Positions 19,927-29,626 of a stretch of DNA of 64,000 nucleotides are shown here, piece by piece (positions within the stretch are counted from its first letter, which is position 1; the number at the start of each line of letters is the position of its first letter). The position numbers and the translations under genes were made by a program. Under the pieces are notes generated by a model. That model did not search any database. It saw only the letters and a program-made list of their open reading frames with translations, and was not told the DNA's origin. Where the stretch lies: positions 25,713-89,712 of the forward strand of contig DAHUZZ010000005.1 in the NCBI GenBank assembly GCA_027314915.1. Reading direction: 5' to 3'. This DNA is from Thermoplasmata archaeon. GTDB taxonomy: Archaea > Thermoplasmatota > Thermoplasmata > Lutacidiplasmatales > UBA184.

Positions 19927-20417
19927 ACCTGGAGAGCGGGGCGTTCCTCGTCCTCGCCGCGGCCGCCGTCGCCACGGCGCTCCTCGCGCTCCTCGTCCGC
20001 GAACTGGTCCACACGATCCTGTGGATCGCGAGCTTCTTCATCGTGCTCTCCGGGCTCTACTTCCTCCTCCAGGCGAACTTCCTGGGCGTCCTCCAGCTCG
20101 GCGTCTACGCCGGCGCCGTCACGATCCTCCTCCTCTTCGGCGTGATGACGACGCGGCGCAGGATCTTCAGCCGGGAGGCGGCCACGGGGATCGGCCCGGC
20201 GTCGATCGTGCTGGGGGCCGGGATCATCGCCGTCTTCGGGATCCTGGTGGCGGGGCTCGCCGGCGCGACCACGGGCTCGGGCCCGAACAGCTACCCCCCG
20301 GCGCTCCTCTCGCAGGCCGTCTTCAACGTCTACGGGCCGTGGCTCCTGCTCGTGGGATTCGTCATGCTCGCAGCGCTCGGCGGCGCGATCTACCTGGTCC
20401 GGGAGGGACGCGAGTGA
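19923..20417 (+). CDS. nuoJ: Complex I-like subunit J
   Basis: ANFLGVLQLGVYAGAVTILLLF; GTG overlaps the nuoI stop. Confidence 0.92.
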   Translation: MNLESGAFLVLAAAAVATALLALLVRELVHTILWIASFFIVLSGLYFLLQANFLGVLQLGVYAGAVTILLLFGVMTTRRRIFSREAATGIGPASIVLGAGIIAVFGILVAGLAGATTGSGPNSYPPALLSQAVFNVYGPWLLLVGFVMLAALGGAIYLVREGRE

Positions 20418-20737
20418 CGGACCCGTTCGCCACCGCCGGCTTCCTCGGACTCTCGGGGGCCCTGCTCGTGATCGGGCTCTTCGGCATCCTGACCCGGAGG
20501 AACTTCATCCTGCTCCTGATCTCGATCGAGATCGCCATCAACGCCGCCGTGCTGAACTTCGTCTACTTCGCCGCCTACGCGCCCAGCGCCCCCATCGCCC
20601 TCGAGGGGCAGTCGGCCGCCGTCGTCGTGATCGCGCTCGCCGCCACGGAGATCGCCGTGGGGCTCGCGATCGTGCTCGCCCTGAACCGCGTGCGCGGATC
20701 GATCAACGTCGCCGAGTCCTCCGAGCTCAAGCTGTAG
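20414..20737 (+). CDS. nuoK: Complex I-like subunit K
   Basis: RRNFILLLISIE, AATEIAVGLA. Confidence 0.94.
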   Translation: MTDPFATAGFLGLSGALLVIGLFGILTRRNFILLLISIEIAINAAVLNFVYFAAYAPSAPIALEGQSAAVVVIALAATEIAVGLAIVLALNRVRGSINVAESSELKL

Positions 20738-20749
20738 GGGCGAGGGACC

Positions 20750-22771
20750 TTGGTGTTCGGTTGGGCTGATCTGAACGGGTACGCCTTCCTGGTCCCGCTC
20801 CTCTACGTCCTCTCCTTCGTCATCGTCGGGCTCTTCGGCCACCGGTTGCCCCGCGCCGAGCACGGCGGATGGGTCGCGGTCGTCCTCGCCGGTCTGGCGA
20901 TGGTCGTCGGCGTGCTCATCGCCGTCGGCGAGATGGTGAACCCGAACACCTGGACCGACACGCAGTACGTCTGGCTCCACACCGTCGGGAACGGGACCGG
21001 CACCTTCCCGCACGGCCTCGAGCTCATCATGGGGACGCTCGTCGACCCGATCTCCGCCCTGATGCTCATCGTCGTCACGGTGGTGGGCTTCCTCGTCCTG
21101 CTCTACTCCATCGGGTACATGCACCAGGACCGGGGGCTGGCCCGATACTACGCCGAGCTCTCGCTGTTCCTCACGGCGATGACCGGCCTGGTCCTGGCCG
21201 ACAACCTGCTCCAGTTCTTCCTCTTCTGGGAGCTGGTCGGCGTCTGCTCCTACTTCCTCATCGGCTTCTACTACGAACGGCCGAGCGCGGCGAGCGCCGC
21301 GAAGGAGGCGTTCATCGTCACCCGCGTCGGGGACATCATGTTCCTCCTCGGGGTGTTCATCTACTTCTACGTCTTCGCCCTCGTCGGCCCGAACGGTGGG
21401 TGGGCCGCGAACGGTTTCGCGTTCGCTCTCGGTGGGCATCCGTTCTTGAACGCCCCCGGCGGGTACGGGGTCAGCCTGCTCTTCCTGAACGCGCACTCGA
21501 CGATCCTCACCGTCGCCGGGATCATGATCCTGGGCGGCGCCGCCGGGAAGAGCGCCCAGTTCCCGCTCCACGTCTGGCTGCCGGACGCCATGGAGGGCCC
21601 CACGACCGTGAGCGCCCTCATCCACGCCGCCACGATGGTCGCCGCGGGCGTCTACCTGCTCGCCGTCACGAGCATCTTCATCGGCTTCACCCCGACCGAC
21701 TCGCTCGCCATCGTGGCCATCGGGGGGTTCACGACCTTCTTCGCGGCGACGATGGCGGTGGTCCAGCCGGACATCAAGCGGGTCATCGCCTATTCGACGA
21801 TCTCGCAGCTCGGCTACATGGTGCTCGCCGTCGGCGCCGGCTTCGCGATGGTGGGGCTCTACCACCTGTTCACGCACGCGTTCTTCAAGGCGCTCCTGTT
21901 CCTCGCCGCCGGCGCGGTGATCCACGCGGTGGGCAGCCAGGACCTGTTCAAGATGGGCGGGCTCGGCAAGTCGATGCGGTTCACCTCGATCGCCTTCCTG
22001 ATCGGCGCGCTCTCCCTCTCGGGCATCCCGCCCTTCGCCGGTTTCTGGAGCAAGGACGATGTCCTGAGCCAGGTGTACGGGACCCTCGGCACGCACCCGG
22101 CGTACTGGCCCTTCTTCCTCCTCGCGCTGGCGGCCGTCTTCCTGACGGCCTACTACATCTTCCGGGCCTGGTTCCTCGCGTTCTCCGGCGACCATCCCCG
22201 GGACCCGAACCTCCCGCACGCCCACGACCCGCCCTGGACGATGCGGGTCCCGCTCCTCGTCCTCTCCGGCTTCGCGATCGTCGCCGGCGTGCTGCCGTAC
22301 CTCCCCGCGTTCGGCAAGCTCTTCGACCTCGGGGCCGACGTGCCCCCGCCGCCGTTCGGGTTCTCCGACGCCCTCGTGAGCGTCGTCTCCTTCGGCCTCG
22401 CCCTCGCCGGGTTCCTGACCGCCTACGTCCTCTGGTCGAACGGCCGGGTGTACGCCCTCCCCGAGCGCTCGCCCGCCCAGCCGGTGCGCCAGCTCCTGCT
22501 CCACCGGTACTACTTCAAGGCCGGGTTCGACGCCCTCGGGCTGCGGGGCATCTACCTTCTCTCCCGGATCGCGGACTGGGTCGACCAGTACGTCATCGAC
22601 GGCACGATCCGGGGGCTCGAGCGGGCCTTCGGGGGCCTTTCGGGACGCGCCCGGCGGATGCAGAGCGGGATGGTGCTCGACTACGCGACGTTCGTCGTCG
22701 GCGGGCTCCTCGCGCTGCTCCTCTTCGTCCTGATCGTGGGCCCCTACGTGCTCCACCTGTGGGGGGGATGA
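20750..22771 (+). CDS. nuoL: Complex I-like subunit L
   Basis: GKSAQFPLHVWLPDAMEGPTTVSALIHAATMV, AYSTISQLGYM, HAFFKALLF. Confidence 0.96.
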   Translation: MVFGWADLNGYAFLVPLLYVLSFVIVGLFGHRLPRAEHGGWVAVVLAGLAMVVGVLIAVGEMVNPNTWTDTQYVWLHTVGNGTGTFPHGLELIMGTLVDPISALMLIVVTVVGFLVLLYSIGYMHQDRGLARYYAELSLFLTAMTGLVLADNLLQFFLFWELVGVCSYFLIGFYYERPSAASAAKEAFIVTRVGDIMFLLGVFIYFYVFALVGPNGGWAANGFAFALGGHPFLNAPGGYGVSLLFLNAHSTILTVAGIMILGGAAGKSAQFPLHVWLPDAMEGPTTVSALIHAATMVAAGVYLLAVTSIFIGFTPTDSLAIVAIGGFTTFFAATMAVVQPDIKRVIAYSTISQLGYMVLAVGAGFAMVGLYHLFTHAFFKALLFLAAGAVIHAVGSQDLFKMGGLGKSMRFTSIAFLIGALSLSGIPPFAGFWSKDDVLSQVYGTLGTHPAYWPFFLLALAAVFLTAYYIFRAWFLAFSGDHPRDPNLPHAHDPPWTMRVPLLVLSGFAIVAGVLPYLPAFGKLFDLGADVPPPPFGFSDALVSVVSFGLALAGFLTAYVLWSNGRVYALPERSPAQPVRQLLLHRYYFKAGFDALGLRGIYLLSRIADWVDQYVIDGTIRGLERAFGGLSGRARRMQSGMVLDYATFVVGGLLALLLFVLIVGPYVLHLWGG

Positions 22772-22775
22772 GACG

Positions 22776-24251
22776 ATGGTGATGATCGGGATCCTCTCCT
22801 TCGCCCTCATCACCCTCGTCGCGGGGACGCTCGCGACGTTCGTCGCGGGGCGGTACGCGCGCTACGTCGCGCTCGGGGTGAGCCTGCTCTTCCTCTTCGA
22901 GGTCGTCTACATGCTGCAGGCGTTCAGCTGGCCGCTCTTCGGGGCGAACGGCGCGCCGCAGTACGCCTTCTACGAGACGGCGCCCTGGGTCAGCCTCTCG
23001 TGGCTCAAGATCAACTACGCCGTCGGCGTCGACGGCGTGAGCCTGCCGTTCGTGCTCCTGACCGCGATCCTCCAGATCGCGACGGTCGTCTACACCTTCG
23101 AGGAGAAGAAGAACCCGGCCGCCTGGTTCGGGCTGCTCCTCCTCACCTGCCTCGGCAGCTTCGGGGTCTTCGTCTCGCTCGACATCCTCCAGTTCTTCCT
23201 CTTCTGGGAGGCCGTCCTCATCCCGATGTTCTTCATGATCGGCTACTGGGGCGGCGTCCGCCGCCGGTATGCCGCGCTGAAGTTCTTCATCTACACCCAC
23301 GTCGCGAGCGTCGTGATGCTGGTCTCGCTCTTCGCCCTCGCCTTCTACTCCCACGCCCCCAGCTTCGACTTCGTCGACCTCTACGCGCCGGCCCGATCGC
23401 TCGCCACCGTCACGCAGGTGTTCATCTTCCTGGGGCTCTTCTTCGGCTTCGGCGTCAAGTTCCCGATCGTCCCCTTCCACACCTGGCTGCCGGACGCGCA
23501 CGTGGAGGCGCCGACCGGCGGCTCGGTCCTCCTTGCCGGGCTCCTCCTCAAGCTCGGGGGCTACGGGCTCATCCGGTGGGGGCTCGAGCTCCAGCCCCAG
23601 GGGCTCGAGCACCTCTCCCCGCTGCTCTACGCGATCGCGTTCGCCTCCATCATCTGGGGCGCCTTCCTCTCGCTCTCCCAGCGCGACCTGAAACGGCTGG
23701 TCGCCTACTCGTCGATCAACCACATGGGCATCGTGCTGCTCGCGATCGCGGTCTACTCCAACCTGGGCATCCTGGCGGCGGTGCTGCTCATGTTCGCCCA
23801 CGGCATCGTGAGCGCCCTCCTCTTCATGGTGGCCGGCAGCGTCCACCACACCTTCGGCAGCCGGGACATCGTCACGGTGAACGGCATCACGCCGAAGACG
23901 CCGGTCCTCTCCACCATGACGATGGTGGGCGCGCTCGCCTCGCTGGGGCTGCCGGCGCTCATCAGCTTCCCGGCGGAGTTCACCGCGTTCCTCGCGACGT
24001 GGGACCGGATCGGCTACTGGGTGCTGGTGCCGCTCATCATGCTCGTCGTGACCGCGGGCTTCTACCTGTGGATGATGCAGCGGATGCTCTTCGGTCCGAT
24101 GCGCGGCGTGCCGGAGGACGCCCACGACCTCCCGCCGTACGAGGCGATCGCCATGGGGCTCCTGGTGGCGCTCATCGTGCTGTACGGGATCCTCCCCTCG
24201 CTGCTCACGAACATCATCATCCAGTCGCCGACGGCCTACGGGCTGCCCTAG
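22776..24251 (+). CDS. nuoM: Complex I-like subunit M
   Basis: GVDGVS, FWE, VKFPIVPFHTWLPDAHVEAPT, AYSSINHMG. Confidence 0.96.
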   Translation: MVMIGILSFALITLVAGTLATFVAGRYARYVALGVSLLFLFEVVYMLQAFSWPLFGANGAPQYAFYETAPWVSLSWLKINYAVGVDGVSLPFVLLTAILQIATVVYTFEEKKNPAAWFGLLLLTCLGSFGVFVSLDILQFFLFWEAVLIPMFFMIGYWGGVRRRYAALKFFIYTHVASVVMLVSLFALAFYSHAPSFDFVDLYAPARSLATVTQVFIFLGLFFGFGVKFPIVPFHTWLPDAHVEAPTGGSVLLAGLLLKLGGYGLIRWGLELQPQGLEHLSPLLYAIAFASIIWGAFLSLSQRDLKRLVAYSSINHMGIVLLAIAVYSNLGILAAVLLMFAHGIVSALLFMVAGSVHHTFGSRDIVTVNGITPKTPVLSTMTMVGALASLGLPALISFPAEFTAFLATWDRIGYWVLVPLIMLVVTAGFYLWMMQRMLFGPMRGVPEDAHDLPPYEAIAMGLLVALIVLYGILPSLLTNIIIQSPTAYGLP

Positions 24252-24258
24252 AGGGTCG

Positions 24259-25797
24259 ATGAGCTACACGGTGGTCCTCGAAGAGTTCCTCCCGGCCCTC
24301 CTGCTCCTCGGCGGCGCGCTCCTCGTCTTCCTCGCCGACGTCGTCCGCGTCCGCCGCCTCGAGGTGTTCGGCGGCATCGCCGTCGCGGCGATCGTGGGGA
24401 CGCTCGGGTCCGTGCTCGCCGACCTCGGCACCCCCTACCTCGAGGCGTTCCGGACGATCCCCGCCTCCGTCGTGGACGCCCCGATCGCGCCGGGCGACCT
24501 CTTCGCGTTCACGAGCCTGGGGCTCATCTTCCAGGGCATCTTCCTCCTCGCCGCCCTGCTGGTCGCCCTGGCCTCGCTCTCGCGCCCCTCCCACGAGCGC
24601 GGGGCGGCGGTGTTCTACGGCCTCCTCCTCCTGGCGACGCTCGGGATGATGTTCGTCGCGGTCGCGGCGGACCTCATCTTCCTGCTCCTCGCGCTCGAGA
24701 TCACGGCGATCTCGAGCTACCTGCTCGTCGGCTACACGCGGCGGGACCCGCGGCCGCTCGAGGCGTCGATGAAGTTCTACATCATCGGCGCCCTGTCGGC
24801 CGCCCTCTCCTTCTTCGGGGCCTCGCTGATCTACGGCGCCTACGGCTCGACGAGCCTCCTCGTGGTCGGGCACACCTACCCCGCCGGCGCGGACGGTCCG
24901 CTCGCGCTCGCCGGCTTCGCCTTCCTGCTCGTCGGGCTGGGCTTCGAGGTGACCTTGGTGCCGTTCCACATGTGGGCGGTGGACGTGTACGATGGGGCGC
25001 CCCACGACGTCTCCGCCTTCCTGGCGGGGGGGACGAAGAAGGCGGGGCTCTTCGCGTTCTTCCTGGTCTTCCTCACGCCCGTCGTGATCGGCGCGGGGGC
25101 GCAACTCTCGGGCTCGCTCGAGCTCCTCCTCGCGATCCTGGCGGTCGCGACCATGACGGTCGGGAACGTCGCCGCGCTGATGCAGGACCAGATGAAGCGG
25201 CTGCTCGCCTACTCCTCGATCTCGCAGGCCGGCTACATGCTCCTCGGCGTCGCCATCGGCACCGCCCCGGCGATCGAGGGCGCCACCTTCCAGATCTTCG
25301 CCCATGTCGTCCTCAAGGCGGGCGCCTTCCTCGTCGTGGGGGCGGTGGCGGCGATGGGCGTGGGGCCCTTCGTGCGGGACTACCGGGGGCTCGGGCACCG
25401 GCGCCCGGTCCTCTCGGTCGCCTTCGCGCTGATGCTGCTCGGGCTCGCCGGCATCCCCCTCACCATCGGCTTCTTCTCGAAGTTCGTGCTCTTCTCCGCG
25501 GCGGTCGAGGCGGGCGGCCTCTTCGTCTGGCTCGCGGTGGCGGGGGTGCTCAACAGTGCGCTCTCCGTCTTCTACTACGCCCGCATCCTCCGGGTGATGT
25601 ACATGGAGCCCGCCGAGGGGACCGACCCCGCCACCGGGACCGACGGCCCGCTCCTCCCGCTCGGGGGCCTCGGCTACGGCCGGGCGAGCGCGATCGCGCT
25701 CTGCGCCGTCGTCATCGTCCTCTTCGGGATCGACCCCGCGCCGCTCCTGACCGCCTTCCAGTCCGGCGCGTCGCACTTCCTCGCGCTCGGGGTCTAG
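24259..25797 (+). CDS. nuoN: Complex I-like subunit N
   Basis: EASMKF, VPFHMWAVDVYDGAP, KRLLAYSSISQAGY, GFFSK. Confidence 0.95.
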   Translation: MSYTVVLEEFLPALLLLGGALLVFLADVVRVRRLEVFGGIAVAAIVGTLGSVLADLGTPYLEAFRTIPASVVDAPIAPGDLFAFTSLGLIFQGIFLLAALLVALASLSRPSHERGAAVFYGLLLLATLGMMFVAVAADLIFLLLALEITAISSYLLVGYTRRDPRPLEASMKFYIIGALSAALSFFGASLIYGAYGSTSLLVVGHTYPAGADGPLALAGFAFLLVGLGFEVTLVPFHMWAVDVYDGAPHDVSAFLAGGTKKAGLFAFFLVFLTPVVIGAGAQLSGSLELLLAILAVATMTVGNVAALMQDQMKRLLAYSSISQAGYMLLGVAIGTAPAIEGATFQIFAHVVLKAGAFLVVGAVAAMGVGPFVRDYRGLGHRRPVLSVAFALMLLGLAGIPLTIGFFSKFVLFSAAVEAGGLFVWLAVAGVLNSALSVFYYARILRVMYMEPAEGTDPATGTDGPLLPLGGLGYGRASAIALCAVVIVLFGIDPAPLLTAFQSGASHFLALGV

Positions 25798-25800
25798 GGT

Positions 25801-26913
25801 GTGGAGCGGTACGACGTCGTCGTCGTCGGGGCGGGGCCGGGCGGGAGCACCGCGGCCCGGTTCGCCGCCCAAGGGGGCGCGCGCACGCTGCTGCTCGACC
25901 AGCGCGTCGAGCTCGGCCAGCCGGTCCAGTGCGGCGAGTTCCTCCCGACGCCCGCGGAGCTCGCCGACCTCTTCCCGCACCCCGAGATCCCCCAGCTGAT
26001 CCGGGAGGCGTTCGTGATCCCGCCGGAGACGGTGCTCCGGGCGACCCACGAGATGGTCTGCGTCGCCCCCTCCGGCCGGCGGTACCGGTTCCCCCTCGAG
26101 GGGTTCGCGGTGTCGCGCCGTGCCTTCGACAAGCGGCTCGCGCTCGCCGCCGAGGGCGAGGGGGCCGAGCTCCGGTTCCCCTGCGGGGTGACGGGCGTGA
26201 AGGACGGCCGGGTGCGGCTCGCGAACGGGGGCGAGGTCGAGGGGCAGGTGGTGATCGGCGCCGACGGTCCGCTCTCCACGGTCGCCCGCGGCGCGGGCTT
26301 CGCGCCGACCCGGGAGATGTACCGGATGATCACGGGCACCTCCCTCGGGGAGTTCCCGGACGCCATCGAGCTCTACTTCGGCCACCACACCCCCGGCGGC
26401 TACGGCTGGATGATCCCCAAGGCGACCGACGCGAACGTGGGGCTCGGGGTCACCCGGCTCCCGCCCGGGGAGGACCTGGGCAGCCTCCTCGACCGCTTCC
26501 TGACCGCCTGGGGGCTCCCCCGGGCGACCGACCGGACCCGCTGGTGGGTGCCCATCGGGCCCCCCCCGGAGTCCGCCCGCGCCGGCCGGGCGCTCTTCGT
26601 CGGGGACGCGGCCAACCTCGTGATGGCCACGAACGGCGGGGGGATCCCGACCGCGATCCTCTCCGGGCGGGACGCGGGGGTGGCCGCCGCCGGGCACTGC
26701 CGGACGGGGGCTCCGCTCGCGGAATACGACCGCCTCTGGAGGTCCCACCTCTACGAACCGCTCCTCCGGGCCTGGAGAATCAAGCGGCTGGGCGACCGGA
26801 TCGTGGAAAGGGACCGGTGGCTGTCCATAGGAATGGCCTATATTGGCACGAAGGGTCTCGACTCGATGATGCGGCTGCGCTGGCCAGCGCGGCTGGTGTG
26901 GAGGGATTCATGA
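25801..26913 (+). CDS. Geranylgeranyl reductase-family FAD oxidoreductase
   Basis: VVGAGPGG, PVQCGE, GADG, PGGYGWMIPK, GDAA..GGGI. Confidence 0.9.
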   Translation: MERYDVVVVGAGPGGSTAARFAAQGGARTLLLDQRVELGQPVQCGEFLPTPAELADLFPHPEIPQLIREAFVIPPETVLRATHEMVCVAPSGRRYRFPLEGFAVSRRAFDKRLALAAEGEGAELRFPCGVTGVKDGRVRLANGGEVEGQVVIGADGPLSTVARGAGFAPTREMYRMITGTSLGEFPDAIELYFGHHTPGGYGWMIPKATDANVGLGVTRLPPGEDLGSLLDRFLTAWGLPRATDRTRWWVPIGPPPESARAGRALFVGDAANLVMATNGGGIPTAILSGRDAGVAAAGHCRTGAPLAEYDRLWRSHLYEPLLRAWRIKRLGDRIVERDRWLSIGMAYIGTKGLDSMMRLRWPARLVWRDS

Positions 26914-27968
26914 TGCCGTTCACTCCCGCGTCGGAGTCCGCCGAGCCCTCGCTGGAAGCCCTCGTGAGCCAGACGGTCGGGGCCGACTTCCCCGAGGACG
27001 TGGGGAGCGTGGTCCCCCAGCTCGCCTCCGACCTCCAGGAGATCGACGCCCGGCTCTTCGAGACGCTCCACACCTCCTACCCGCAGCTCGCCGACGCCGC
27101 GAACTACGCCTGCCGGGCCGGTGGCAAGCGGGTGCGGCCGCTCCTCATGGCGGCGACCCACCGGGCGCTCGGCGCCGCCGACACCCGCCCCATCCACGCC
27201 CTCGCCGCGGCCTTCCAGCTGATCCACACCGCGACCCTCGTCCACGACGACGTCATCGACCACGCCGAGCTGCGCCGCGGCCGGCCGTCCGTCCCCCGGG
27301 CCTTCGGCCTGCCGGCGGCGATCGTCACGGGCGACTTCCTCTTCGTACGGGCCTTCGAGCTCGCCTCCGAGTACCCCCGGTCCGTGATCCTGCGCTGCGG
27401 CGAGGCCTGCGCCGACCTCGCCGAGGGCGAGGTCCTCCAGGAGAACGCCCGGTTCGACCTCTCGAGCGGCCGCGAGCACTACTTCCGGGTCATCGAGCGG
27501 AAGACCGCGGCCATCGTCTCCGGCGCGCTCGCCGCCGTGGCCGAGATCGAGGGGGCCTCCAACGAGGTGATCGAGGACCTCGCCATGTACGGCCGGGCGC
27601 TCGGGATCGCCTTCCAGGTGCGCGACGACTACCTGGACGTCTACGGCGACCCCGACCTCCTCGGGAAGCCGCTGTACTCGGACTACCGGGAGGGCAACCC
27701 CACGGTCCTTTCCCTCGAGGCGCACGCCGGGCTCGACGGGATCGCCAAGGCGGAGTTCGAGCGCCTGTTCGCGCTCCGGCACAAGCAGCCGCGGGACCTC
27801 CTCCGGCTCAAGGAGCTCACCGACCGCACCGACGCCCCGAAGCGGACCGTCGACGAGGCGAAGATGTGGGCCGAGCGGGCCGTCGCGTCGCTGACCGGCG
27901 TGCCCGCGGGCCCCTACCACGTCCTCCTCGCCCACCTGGCCCGCGAGGCGGCGGGGCGCAGGTTCTAG
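26910..27968 (+). CDS. trans-polyprenyl diphosphate synthase (long-chain type)
   Basis: GGKRVRP, FARM HTATLVHDDVID, LRRG, KTAA, SARM FQVRDDYLD. Confidence 0.93.
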   Translation: MMPFTPASESAEPSLEALVSQTVGADFPEDVGSVVPQLASDLQEIDARLFETLHTSYPQLADAANYACRAGGKRVRPLLMAATHRALGAADTRPIHALAAAFQLIHTATLVHDDVIDHAELRRGRPSVPRAFGLPAAIVTGDFLFVRAFELASEYPRSVILRCGEACADLAEGEVLQENARFDLSSGREHYFRVIERKTAAIVSGALAAVAEIEGASNEVIEDLAMYGRALGIAFQVRDDYLDVYGDPDLLGKPLYSDYREGNPTVLSLEAHAGLDGIAKAEFERLFALRHKQPRDLLRLKELTDRTDAPKRTVDEAKMWAERAVASLTGVPAGPYHVLLAHLAREAAGRRF

Positions 27969-28049
27969 CGGTGACCATCGCCGGCGCCCGCCGGTCGAGC
28001 GAAACCTACATGTCGGTCGGGCCGGCCCTTGGGTGACACGGAGGGCAGC

Positions 28050-28529
28050 ATGGCATCGCATCATCCGTCGAGCCCGGGCGAGGAGGGGGCCCCCGCGCCG
28101 GCCGCGGTGACCCGGATCCCGATCCAGCACCTGCCCCGGCCCTACCGGCCGCCGCCGCTGCGGCCCAGCCTGCCCCTCGGCATCGCGGTGATCTCCATCC
28201 TCCTCGCCATCGCGGCCGTCCTCGTGCTCCTCACGGGCGCCTTGATCCTCCTGAGCGCGCTGGCCGGCAGCGCCCTGATCCCGACGACGCTGCTGATCAC
28301 CACGACGGTCGACCCCTGGGGAGCGGCGATCCTGATCGTGCTCGGCGGGGTCGTCCTGGCGGTGGCCCGCGCGCTCTGGGACCTCGAGCGCTGGGCGCTC
28401 TACGTCGGCGTCGGAGGCAGCTTCGCGGGCCTGACCTACCTCTTCTTCACGGGCTCCATCACGGTCCTCTTCCTCCTCCTCCTCGCCCTCTTCGTCTACC
28501 TGCTCACCGTCCGGCACCACTTCTACTGA
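28050..28529 (+). CDS. Small 4-TM membrane protein (paralog of 8426..8842)
   Basis: LPLGIAVISILL...ALWDLERWAL...YLLTVRHHFY. Confidence 0.8.
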   Translation: MASHHPSSPGEEGAPAPAAVTRIPIQHLPRPYRPPPLRPSLPLGIAVISILLAIAAVLVLLTGALILLSALAGSALIPTTLLITTTVDPWGAAILIVLGGVVLAVARALWDLERWALYVGVGGSFAGLTYLFFTGSITVLFLLLLALFVYLLTVRHHFY

Positions 28530-29329
28530 TGCGCTTCCTTTTGGGCCAGCTGACCCCGCGGCTCGGGGAGCCGCTCGAGAACCTGGCCCGGATCGACCGG
28601 CTCCTCGCCTCCCGTGCGGTCGGGCTCGCGGTCTTCCCCGAGCTGTTCGTGAGCGGCTACCGCGCGGGGGACCGGCTCCGCGCCCTCGCCCTTTCCCCCG
28701 GGGGGGGTCCGCTGCTCGAGCTCGAGCGGATCGCCGCCGCCCGGAACACCTGGCTCGTGCTGGGCGCCCCCGTCGCCGTGCCCGACCGCGCGGGCGAGGT
28801 CTTCAACGCCGTCCTGCTCATCGGGCCCGACGGGTCGAGCCGCTACCAGGTGAAGCGCTACCTGCCGACGTACGGCCCGTTCGAGGAGGGGCGGATCTTC
28901 ACCCCGGCCGGCCGATCCGACCCCCTGCCGCTCGCGGGCCACCCCGTCGGCCTCGCGATCTGCTACGACGCCTTCTTCCCGGAGATCTTCCGGGAGCTCG
29001 CCCTCAAGGGCTCCGAGCTGTTCCTCGTCGTCTCGGCGTCGCCGGTGACCTCGCGCCGCCTCTTCGAGAAGGTCCTGCCGGCCCGGGCGGTCGAGAACGG
29101 CTGCCCCGTCCTCTACGCGAACCGGACCGGTGTCGAGGACGGGCTCGTCTTCGGCGGCGGGAGCGGGGCGTGGGACGTCCGGGGGGAGCCGATCGCGCTG
29201 GACCGGGTTGCCGTGCCGGACGGGGAGCCCGAGGAGGCGCTCCTCGTGGGCGAGCTCGACCTGGCCGAGGCGGGCCGGTGGCGCCCCTTCCGGCCCGTGC
29301 TGCGCGACGTCACCGCCCACCCGCCCTGA
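28529..29329 (+). CDS. Carbon-nitrogen hydrolase (nitrilase superfamily)
   Basis: Catalytic triad FPEL / K in YQVKRYL / ICYDAFFPE; RAVEN. Confidence 0.92.
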   Translation: MRFLLGQLTPRLGEPLENLARIDRLLASRAVGLAVFPELFVSGYRAGDRLRALALSPGGGPLLELERIAAARNTWLVLGAPVAVPDRAGEVFNAVLLIGPDGSSRYQVKRYLPTYGPFEEGRIFTPAGRSDPLPLAGHPVGLAICYDAFFPEIFRELALKGSELFLVVSASPVTSRRLFEKVLPARAVENGCPVLYANRTGVEDGLVFGGGSGAWDVRGEPIALDRVAVPDGEPEEALLVGELDLAEAGRWRPFRPVLRDVTAHPP

Positions 29330-29626
29330 GGCGGCGCGCCTCCCGAGGAGGGAGGGGCGTTCGGCACCCCGAACCACCGGCCCTCGCGCGCGACGCGGTC
29401 TCCTACCTCCCGCACCACGACGGCCCGAGGTCGTCGTGCGCGATCCGACCCCCGCGAGGGGGGGGGTTCGGGAGATGCGGGGCGGCGGCCCGGGGGCGCC
29501 CGGTCCTACGGGAACGGCACCGCGCGCCCGCCCGTCGGGATCAACCTCCTCCGGGGGCCCCGGGCTCGCTCGAGCCCGTGAACAGCAACGTGGTCTTTAT
29601 GTGGTGCGGAGGGTGGAAATCCGGCG

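Noticed and set aside
29330-29580. SRP RNA, RNase P RNA or cobalamin riboswitch
   Set aside because: No CAGG-GGAA-AGCAG helix 8 and no GAGGAA-UCC/P4 pairing. A minus-strand AGGAGACC resembles a B12 box only weakly, and there is no downstream gene in that orientation.
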